From positions 1 to 57,165 of IMG/VR virus record IMGVR_UViG_3300025115_000012: a stretch of 57,165 bases of DNA, one strand, 5' to 3'. The notes below the pieces were generated by a model that was not told where the DNA came from, ran no database searches, and saw only the letters and a program-made list of their open reading frames with translations. Origin of the DNA: a virus (Duplodnaviria; Caudoviricetes). How positions within the stretch are numbered: position 1 is the first letter of the stretch; each line of letters begins with the position of its first letter. Below are positions 21,501 through 33,500 of the stretch, in pieces. A program made the translations under genes and the position numbers.

Positions 21501-24500
21501 AATGGTTTGGCGATTGGGAAACGGATCCAGAGAATGCAAGTAAAACGACAGGCAGTTCCTGGAAAAAAATGATTACAGATGAATATCAAAAAGCTAAAAG
21601 TTCAGGCATGAAATACAGTGAACGACAAAAAATATTTGATCCACAGACTGGTGTTCTTAAACTGGATTTGAACGATCCTTATCATAACAGATTAAAATAT
21701 GAACTAGAAAATGACTTGCCTATTACTTTCTATCATGCAACAGGTGTAAGTGAAGATTTTACCCAATTCCAACCGTTCCGTAAACGCAAAACAGGGAATT
21801 GGTATGGAATATATGGCTCTATCAGTCCTAAATTAAATGAGTCTTATGCGGGGACAAAAAGGAATGAAAACAATTTGATAGATTTCGCAGACAAGGTAAA
21901 AGATGCTTTCACAGGCAATTGGAATAAAAAGCCTAATCTTGCTTCTCCAAGTCCACGGCAAATACCATTGTATTTTAATTTGAAAAACCCATTGATATTA
22001 AATGAGCATCTAGGTGGGAAGAAATTGGGTACAACTTATGTACAGTTTGATTATGAATTTCACAACCCTGTAGAACAAGCAAGAGAAACGTTCATAATGG
22101 TTAGGGATGTCCTAGCTAATGCATTAGGATCGAAAAGTCTAAAAAAAATAACCTATTCACAAGCAAAAGTAGCGGTAGGGACAATCGCAGCCTCATTGCC
22201 TTTGTTATTAGGTGAACCTGACGTATATAAATCTGTAGAAAATTTAGCCAGATTAGGTATGGTATCAGCGGGATTCGCATCATCCGGAGAAGTTGCTAGT
22301 TTGTTAGCTTCTTCTCTTTATCAAGTCAAAAGACAAATAGATAAAGTTACTAACCCTGTGGGTAAATTAGAAAAGAAAGTAGCCAAAAACCCAGAGAAAT
22401 ATACTGATATATCGTTTATTTCAGAAGGAATGTATAATATTCTTAAAAACATGGGATATGACGGAATTATATTTAATGATGGATTTGAAATATTAGCTTT
22501 TGATCCTACCCAGGTTAAGTCGGCTACGAGCAATAAGGGTACATACGATTCTAATAACCCTGACTTTTTGGAAATGGCAACTTCTTCATTGAGAGATGAC
22601 CTTGACGAGATCCTTGGTGGTGAATTTGATCTTAAAAAAGTTGAATTCATGGAAGAGGCAACAAGAATATTAACTCCTCAAGAACCGGGAACTAAAAGAG
22701 AAGTTAATAATGAAGAAAAAGTTAATTATGTTAGTCTAAAAAATAAGTTAAATTTAACAAATGAAGAATTTGTAAAATTACTTGGTCAGGACAAAACAAC
22801 TGTTGTCGAAAGGTTAAAACAAAATCCCGAACTGCAAGATCCTTTGGAAATAAATAACAATGCTCGCAAGATATTGCATACTGAACCTAAAAAGTCGTTT
22901 ATAATCAAAACTCGTGAAAGAGATTATGAAGATGATTCAATTGTGTTTTCAGGCATGGCAGAAGCCAATATTGACCCAACAGGGAAAAACATATTACCAT
23001 ATCGAGGACAGCCTGCTTATCTCAAAAAAGGATTTTCACGAATAGCAGCTGATACAAAAATTCCATTGTTACAAAAAATATTCAATTCTGAAATAATGGA
23101 TATAAACGGAGAAATAAATACTGTACTTACCTTCCAATTTCCTGCTAACAAGGTAAATCCACGCTCATTCTCGCCTACGTTTTTGCATTCAGCTATTGAC
23201 CAGGGTGTCTTCATCTTGCCTAAAACGACAGGTCAGAAAATGATGATTATTCCGGAACTAAAAGATATGAGCCGTGAATCTAAAAATGATTTTGTAAGAA
23301 AGGCAAATGCTGAAATTTTTGAAAAGGTTTTGGATTCGGACTATATATGGAATGACGATTATCAGAAACGTGAGCAAGTCATGAACACTGTTAAGTTGCT
23401 AGATATGGACAAGGTTATTCCTGCAGTTTTACTTGACAAACCTATAAAAATGCGTGAAGTTTTAAAACCTGAATATCAAGGCATGGATGATAAACAGTTG
23501 GAACCTTACATTGCCGTTAACAGCCTTATCAAACAGAAAATATTAGAATTCTATACCGATAATAGAAAAAACCGTCAAGTACCTGATTATTATCAAGACG
23601 ATGCTAAACCCAGCGATGTTTACGACGTATTGGCAAAGCATATATACATGCTTACAGATACCGGCGGGAAAACGTATTTTAATAAGTTTGACAAAGATGG
23701 TAAACCTAGTCTTATTAAAGGAACAGATAAATATGCTAATATCTTATTCTCGGAACATCATAATAAGCTTATAGATTATGATGACTTTAAGCTTACAGCT
23801 CAAGATGAGGTATTAGAACAAATGGAAGTTCCTGAACAAAAAGAACGTTTAAAGAATGTTTATGGTTCAGAAATAGATTCTAATGGTGATGTAAGAGTAA
23901 GAACTTTCAATTTTAATCAAGATATGGTAACTGACTTGTTAGATGCTTATCCCGAATTAAAAGACAGCTATAACAGATTTATACAATCTTTTGATGATAA
24001 TGTAACAGACGGAGCATTATTCTGTTTAAATCAACCTTTATATGATGTGCTTGCAAAGTCTTTGGGAATAACTGATACAAAAGGATTAGCCGGATTGAAA
24101 CCTAAAGGATTCGAATATGAAGACAATGGTAATATCCGTATAACAAAAGGTATGTTATGGGGACCGGAAAACTTTAAAAATTTTGGTAACAATGAGTTCC
24201 TTAGTAAGGTAATTGAAACAATGCAAGATAACAATATTGCGATATTGTCATTCCCTACTGCTTCGAAAGGTGCTCATACCAGGAGGGTTAAGTTTGCATC
24301 TTCACCTGATGGCAAAAACAGGTATGTTCTTAATAATGACAATAACTTAATTAGAGTAGAAGACCAAACTGAAAACGGTTGGGTATCTAATCCAGAAGCT
24401 ACTAATTTCGAGAAATCAAACATATTGAATAACTTGTTAAACAATAATGCACCCATCCCCGACCATTTTGTTTCTAAGTTAAAAATTACAGGTGATGACG

Positions 24501-27500
24501 CTCTTACGTTTGAACAGTATGTCCATAAATCTCAAGTAACAAATACTTCAAATGGGTTTGAAACCTTACCGGCCTTTAATGCGAGCAGTGCACTGTTCAA
24601 TACGCCGGAAGGCAATGCAGTGACAAGGATCATGAGAAACGTGATAAGGCAAAATATCAACAAGTACCGGAAAATTGATAATGCGTTATTAACCATTGGC
24701 AATCTAGGAAGACGAGTATTGGCTACACCTTCTAAATTAAGAGAAGATATCGAGTTTTCACGTAAAGAACTAAATAGCATCGGAATATATTTAAAAACAG
24801 CTAAACATCATTTCCAAAGAATGATTGATAATGACAGTGGTGAAGAAGCACAATACCTTTATAACATGAGAGCAGAAGATATGGTCAAAAAGATTGACGA
24901 GATGCTGGACGATAAAGGTAAATTCAAACCTAACTCATTAATGCTATTGTTTTCTTTGGACAATGTGGTTGGCGGGCCGTTCCTGTCACGTGGTCAGACT
25001 GTTTTGGCTAAAATATTGCTTTTCCAGAATCTTGAATCGAAAATTAAAGGTCGTATCCCGACTATTAATGCAAAGATTGCACCTGATATAAATATGGACA
25101 ATGTCCTTGCGACGACAAGAGAATTACTTGGCGAAGCGATTGATGCTGAAATGAATTATGATCCTGAAACAAACAGCTCTGATTATATAGATGAGTATGG
25201 CAAACTAAAAGAAGGAGGAGCTGTTATAGGGAAAGATATATGGGAACTTGAAAATCGCATGCGAGAACAAAATAACATGGAACCGTTAAGAATAGGTGAC
25301 AAGATGCTTTTTAACAAGACCCCTACTGATGATATGACTAACGTTCTAATCCCTACTAAATTCGCAGGTATATCACCAATGGACGGAGTTGCTATCATGA
25401 ATGGTAAATATGTTACTAAATACACAGGTGGTGATTATGATGGTGACGGTATAAATTATGTCCGGTCTGACAAGAACTTTAACAAAGCCGATTATGACAG
25501 GGTATATGACTACTTAGATAGTATTACAGAATTGAGAAAATCAGTCAAAGATGTTGCTAATGAATTTAAAGAACTAGTAGAAAAAGATACTAAGGGATAT
25601 CTTGTTATAAACAAGCTATTAGGACTTGAGCCAAAAGACAATAATATGTCATTAGCTTCAGAAGAGTTTGGTTCGAATATGGCGAAACACCAACTAGGAC
25701 AAGATAAGGGTATTGTGTTAATAAATAATATTGGACACGTATTGAACCAAGTCGCCCTAGATGCTAACAATAGTATCGCCAGCAATAAAGTTAAATTATC
25801 AGTAAAACTAAATTCTAGGGAAAGCCAGGAAATTAAAGTTAGGGTTAATCCAGCTTTGGATATTGATAAGCTAGGTATGTTATCCTTTCTTAAACAAACA
25901 TTTGTGGATAGTTACGAAACTATGCCATTTGATAGAGAAGAGGCTGTTTACCGGACAGTATTTAATGATGCTACAGTTTTCTTGCCTGATAAAACAACAA
26001 TGAGCCTAAAGGATTATATTAAATCTACCGGTAAACCGGCAATGCCAATATTAAGAGATATTTTTAAAAAGCTTGCAGAACCTAGCTTATTAGAAGCACG
26101 AGGATTGTGGAATGAACAGAATATTGCTGATATTGTAGATAAGGTATTAGGATTAGATTACCATGATGTCCCAAATCGCAAAGATGCTACTAGTTATCGT
26201 TATACTTTGAAAGATTATCGCAGAATATTAGCTAGCGATATGAAGGAATCACAGCTTATGCCTGATGTGGAACCTGTTATAGAACCGCCTTCTAAGGAAT
26301 TCCTTCCGGAAGTGTTAGAACAAAATGCTATACCTGGCGAAGAACCTGGACAGATTCCTAAATCGGTTAAAGAAGTTGCACAAAGTGAGACAAAACAAGA
26401 TGCGACACCTTCGTCTTTAAGTACAAAATACGAGTGGGCTAGATATGCAGAAAGCGGATATGAAGTGTCTTCGGCGGGGGATAAGAGGTTTAGTGCTTTA
26501 AATGCAAGGTTAAAAGACGGAAGGACAATTGAAGAGGCTTACCAATTGGATATCAAGGGTTATCGCAGCCAAGGTGACAATTGGAGATTAGGCAAAGGCA
26601 AAAAACCATTAAATAATATTACACCTGAAGACAGTTGGAGTAAATATAAAAGTCTTTGGGAACAATTCTTAAATGAAAATCCTGATCTTAAACAAGATTT
26701 AGCTCAAAAAGCACTTGGGAAGCCTCTCACAGACAAGTTTGCCGAGACCGATGTATCACAAGCAAGGGCATTAGCTGAAATTTTGAATGAGCAACCAATA
26801 ACGAGTTCTGACCAACCTATCCAGGCAGGACCGCCTAAAGTAGGTGAAATGCTGAAAGAAATGGTATCGGGAACTAAGTTAGGTGCTGCTTATGGTATTT
26901 TGAAAGGATTAGAGGGGATTCATGCTCCTGCTACTAAGTTATTGGTCGGGGACAACCCATTTGAATTATATGCCCGATTAAAAGAAAAATCTGATATTGT
27001 AAACACAGATGAATATACAGAGCAGGACGTTGTTGGGATTGTACCAACAGATAGATTTGAGCAATACGAAGAATTGCAAAATGCAATTAACAGCAATGTA
27101 CTAGGATTCACATTTGCAGTAAAAGCTCCAAGTGCAAATAAGGGTAAAAACGAAATATACGAAATAATCCAGGGTATGTTAAAGGAAGGCGGGTATCAAC
27201 GTTATAAAGACACTCATAAATGGTTCAAGCCGAAGAGCAAAACAACTACTGACAAAGCTGCACCTGAACAGCGTGTGAAATATGTGGATATGGGCAAATT
27301 TGACCGAGATCCTAATAACAGGGCTATGGGTACAAGTGCTGACAGAGCTATGAGGGAAGTAGCTGATGGGTTTATTGGGGAAGTGTTTAATGAAGACACA
27401 AAGAGTTCTACATCTACATCAAGTCTTCACTTCTCGAATGAAAACAATATTAGTAGAAGCACAGAACATCTTGGAACTGAAAAGGGAATGGTTTATTTTG

Positions 27501-30500
27501 ATTTACCTGATGAAGCTATTCCTGGAACCCATACCATTATGTTAGCACGTAATAGCGAACTTGCAAAAATAGGCTTAGACAATAGCACTAAAAAACAGAT
27601 AAAGGTAATGCATGATCAAGGCCATGATTTTGTAGTTGGGAATAGTTGGATAGATCAACCTTTCCATGATTATTTAGAGGAGATTGGAGCCAAATATACC
27701 GTTTATGGTCATGAAGGGAAGAACCGGATCAAACCTAAAGAAGTGAAAAGTATAACCGAACCATTGACGGCAAAGCCTAGTTCGGAACCAGCTCTAAAAA
27801 TAGAAGAAGTGCATCGTTATAATCCGGAATTGTTAAGAGAAAACCCTGATAAGTTATATGTATTTGGTGATAATCTTACAAGAAAGGGACGTGGCGGACA
27901 AGCTGTTATTAGAAAAGAACCTAATGCAGTAGGTATTGTTACTAAATTGGCACCATCTAAAGATGCTGCTGCTTATATGTCAGACAATGACTTGTCAAAT
28001 AACCAAAAAATCATTGATGCTGATATTCAAAATATAAAATCAAAACTTTCCCAATACCCAGGCGGGCTTGTCTTTCCTAAAGATGGGTTAGGAACAGGAT
28101 TGGCAGAATTGCATTGGCGTGCATCGGAAACATTCGCATATCTAAACAGAAGACTTGCAGAAGAATTCGGATACAAGAAATTCAACCGATTCCCAAACGA
28201 AACGACAACTACTAAAGAGCAAGCAGGTTCATTTACCGATGCTATAGCTAAACGGCTTGCTGATGAGAAGGCTAAAACTGCATCTCCTGTCCTGAATAAG
28301 CCTGAACATGTAATTTCGTTAGGTGACGGTATTCCTGTCATGGCTTATTTAGGTAGAGAGAATATGTACGAGAACGATCCTGCTTTTATTGATGCCGTTA
28401 GAAAAGCATTTCCTGGGATAGAATATGCTAATGAGAAATCGGCAGGAAGGTCTAATAGTGATTATATATATTTGAATGAATTTGCACCAGATAAATATGT
28501 TATGAATAATCGGGATAAGCACTTTGTTGTTTCAAATCAACGTTCTTGGCCTGTATTAACAGAGAATGGCATAAAATATTCTGTAATAGGGTATGAAGGT
28601 ATTAATTGGCCATTAAGAAAGGAACATTCACGCAATGAGTATAGCAATGAATTAACTCGCATGATTGCTATTCAGAAAATGCATAATTCAATTGATGAAG
28701 TATTACTTGGTCTTTCGAAAACTATTAAAGCTGATGCTCAACGTTTTCCGAAACTTAAAGAAATGTTTTCTCATTTCGAAAACGCAAAGAAATTTAATGA
28801 TAAGGTATGGATAAGTTCAGAACAAACACATATTGCTTTTCTTGTTGCCAATCTAGCTTATAATGGTCACAGATCGCATACATCAGAAGGAAACAGTTCG
28901 CCGTATGAAGTTTTCAATACCAAAACAAATCAATACGAACAAATGGAAATGCTGTATGGGCTGACTTCATTTAAAGATCATTTAGGATTGCCTTTATTCA
29001 AAAGTGACAAATTCCCGAATGTAAAAATCGCAGCCGGTACTATATTGAAATATTTGATTGATAACAATCCTGTTAAAAAAGGTGAATTTGTCGTATGGAA
29101 TAAGGATGATGCCCAGATTATAGCAAAAGATGGAGTATTAAATGCTTATCGTGGCGGAGAAGTAAAGAAACAGATTAACCTAAATGAGATATTTGACAAA
29201 GACGGCCGGTTAGTGCCTGATTGGTTGCCTTCTGATTTGTTGCAAAGTAAAAAGTTCAGAGAATTGATTGATATTCAAAATCCTATTAACAAGAAAGAAT
29301 TTGGTAAAGTAAGAGCTAAGATAGTAAAGAACATTGCCCATAATATGGCACAAGAAGCTGCACAGAGCGGATTAAATCTTGATAAGGATATATTAGCTAC
29401 CTATATCGCTTTTCACCCTGTAAAGTTAAGCAAATACTTAGCAGAACAGATTATAGGCGGGATATTTAACCCGATTTTCCCAAAACATGCGGATCCGAAA
29501 TATACTCTGCATAAAAAGACTGAGAACTATATCGGCAAAGGACGAGCACAGGATTATTTGGCAAGTAACAAAATGGACAATCCTTGGGATGCTATTAGTT
29601 ATTTAAAAGATGAAGGTATTAATTTGAAAATAAATCCTCAAGTAACTTTGGATGATCATTTGACTAAGAGCATTACAAGTGAAAGTATTGGGATCAAAGG
29701 ATTGGAAATGTCAATTGAATCTTTGCAAGATACTGAAACAAGTTTGAAACATAGCGGTTATCATGAGTTTTATAAATCTTTAGCTAAGATTATTGAACAA
29801 AGTCCGGATCCTGAATTAGTTAAATTACAAGGCAAGTCTATATTAGACTACAATTACGACGATATGAAAGTTTTGAACCGGAAAGTATTTCTTCCTCATT
29901 TGGAGAAGATATTGCCTAATCTTGCAATTAAAGCCAAAATGCCGCCAGAAAAAGTATCAAAATGGGCAAAAGACAATCTTGATAAAATCATGGACATGTA
30001 TGGACCGGCGGATCTTGTACGTGAACTTGAGGGTGATGGCGGTTATTATGACAAGTTAATAAGCCCGACTAATGATGTAAGGCAAATAGCGAAAAAACTT
30101 GCTCATATGAGTTATATAATGGCAGTTGCAGACATGCTAAAGAAATTTGAAACAATGAATACCGGAAAGGATATTCATAATTATCAAATCCTGAAGTCAA
30201 GAATTCCTACTCAAATGATAAATGAGTTCTCAGGGAATAAAACAGTTTATTCCTGGAATGAACAAATATTAGGTATTCCTTCGTTTAACGGTATGGGTAA
30301 TTCTGTCATGCATTATGAAATAATGGAACACAATCCTGCAATCAATACGGAAGTGTCATTGCCTTTTGGTACTTATGCTAAACAGTATCCATTAGTAAGG
30401 GCTATACAAAAGTTAACCGAATTGAAAGCTCATGTTGATATCCAAAACCAATATGTAGATAACCAATTAACAGCGTCAGAAAAACTGAACAAGAACAATT

Positions 30501-33500
30501 TAGCATTAGAATCTATTGAGAATTTAGAATCAGTCGGGTTTAATGTTATCGAACCATCCAGCATTGAAGGTGCAGGGAACCGGATTAAGAGTGGTCAGAA
30601 AATAACGGATATGATTGATATCCAAACTGCAAGTAATCGTGGGGTTAAAGAAGAAAGTGTTATTTCTTTGAAGTTGGATAAAATTATAAACTTCGCTTTA
30701 ACATCTGAAAACGTAAACACAGCAGTGGATATGCTTGTTGATGCTTGGGAAAGAAACATGATTGAATCTCAAGGATCCATGATGAACACAGATGGGACTT
30801 CGACATATGATCCTGCATATTATTTGTTAAAGACTAATAAACAGGCATTTGATTCAGACTTACCTTTAGCAGAACAGTTATCAGCCATGAAGGCAAATTT
30901 GACTGAACAGTTGAAAGATTACATTAACTACAAAGAAGCTGTTTTGACGTATAAAAATAGTTTGATGACTTATAAAGAAGCGTTAATAGATTTTGAACAA
31001 AGATATTTACGTAATAACGAAATAGTAGAAGCTAATCCTAATGTTAATATATTAAATGACTTAATGAAAATTCAGTCCTATATAGACCGGATTGGGAATG
31101 TTGAGGCAAAAGATCTTAATCGGCTTACCAAGACATTAAAGGAAGGAGTAAGTTTAAGCGAAGTCTCTACTATATTTGATCAAAAGTATATTAAACCGGC
31201 AGAAGAAACATTGAACAGTTATCAAAACAATGTAAAACTTATAAACGAACAAATAAACAATTCACTTAAAGGCAATGCTAAAAAAGGATTCCAAATCGGC
31301 AGGAATAAGATTCGTAAACTTATTGATTTATTAACTCCGGAAGAGAGGGTAGAGCTTGACCGAAATGGTTGGAGTTTCATGATAAAACGATTCCTTCCAG
31401 AAATTGATGCGATTGCTGAAGAATCTTCTTCTAAAGCGGAAAAGCTTGATGAGGGATTTAGGATTGTACCGGATCTTAAGGCAAAAGCTAAATTTATGAC
31501 GTTAATAGAACATGTTTATAATAACTATTATACTTTGAACAAACATCCTTATCATGACATGATGGTTAAATTAGGATGGTCAGAATATCTAGAAAAACCT
31601 TGGCATAGAATACATACCGCAAATGAATGGAAGTTAGCAAGTAAAGGCAGGGAGATGGTCTTACGTGCACACGAGAGTGCTGTTACAAGAGCTGCAAAGC
31701 AAGAAAGCATAACCGTCTTTCATAAAAAGGATGAGACTAAGTCATTTGAAAGTACTCAAGCTGAATTTAAGCAAATAATGGCTGGGAGCAAATCCAAACC
31801 TTATTGGGGATATACCGATTTATTAAATGCAAATTTTGACCAAACAGAAAAAGCAACTTACTTGTCAAATAGCATCAAAACATTTGGTGAAGATATTGGT
31901 GAAAGAATACAAGGTTCGTTATACAATGTATCTACAGAAAGCATGCGGGTATACTTGGATAACATGAAAGATCCTAACCCATTTGCTCACATGAATACGA
32001 TATCAGAACTTTCAAAAGCTTCTAATGGTCATTATAATTACAGACAAGTTATTGATCCGGCAGAATACAGATTAGAGTTCCATAATGCCGAATTAGGCAA
32101 TAACTTGTTTGTTCCTAAGGGATTAAGCACAGGTGATATCGTTTTGATTGGACTTGAAGGCGGGAGGACTATCCCGGTTAGAATGTTAGGCGGTATCAAA
32201 ATTAAGAATGCAAATGGTGTTTATGATGCATATTACGCTTTTGGGAATGATCCTACAAAGTCAAAAGATTTGAGTTACATTTCTGCTGATAGGATTAAGA
32301 GCATGCATAAAGCAAATGGTGAAACATACTTATCGAAAGCTATCCTGGAAGGTCAAAGAAAGAAATTAAACCAAATAATAAACAATGACCAGGAACTAGT
32401 AAATGCTATAAAAAACGTAGTTGAGATTAAGACAGGCGAACAAAACGTATCTTATGAAAGTTGGGAGAATACAGTGAATCCCAAAGTAGTAAAAGCAATT
32501 GACGAATCGTTGCAGACAAGTGGCGGTAGGAAGATAGTAGAATACATGGCCAATGCCAGCGACAAAGCTGCAGTAGCTTTGTATTACTTAAGGTTAAGGC
32601 ATTTAATAGACGGAGTATTTAAAGCAGGGCTTCATGTAGCTGCAAGCAATCCGGCAGGGGCGTTGTATAGTGGCTTATCTGCTACAACAAAATGGTTGCA
32701 AGGTGTGTTCTTCCAGATAAAGTTTCAAAACAGTATGGGTCATTATGACAGGATATATCAAAACAGTGTTCCGCAACGGAAATATATCAAAAACGGTGTA
32801 GGTGCAATAGGTAGAGGCGTTAGGGCATTGTTAGATCCTTGGTTCCAAAGTGGTGATACGAAGAATGAGATTAATGAAAGGAACATAGCTAATATCGCTT
32901 CACATCTGGTAGCAATGGAACATGGTTTAACAAAACAAACTTTAGGTCAAGAACAAATAAATAGTATTATAGACCGTGCTTTTGAGACTGAAGAAAAAGC
33001 TAATGCGGCAATATACGAAATGATAACAGGCAAAAAAGCTCCTTGGTGGAAACCAGGAGCAACTACGAGCTTGTTGAATAAAATGGCTAAAGGCATGCAA
33101 GAATTAGATCCTGCTTATGGTATTGACAATGAATTAGGTGAACAATTGCGTGCCGGTACAGAATATAACAGCCGGGCAGTTAAAAGAGTAGTTGATAGGC
33201 TTGAATGGGTTAAGGTACCAATAACAAAAAATGTGTATAATTCCCAGACTAAAAGACACGATATTGAAACACAATATTTCCATATTCCAAGGATTAAGGG
33301 CTTATCAGACAGGGATAATATTTTTGTTATGACACTCATGGATCAGTTGCTTGATATTGCATCATTAAAGGGCAGGATAGCGGCTAATGAAATAGGGAGT
33401 GCGAAAAAAGCAGTTACCTCATCTATAAACAATATGAACAGGTATCAATCGCAATATCTGTCCGGATTAGGTTCAATGACACCTGAATTTATGGCAAATA

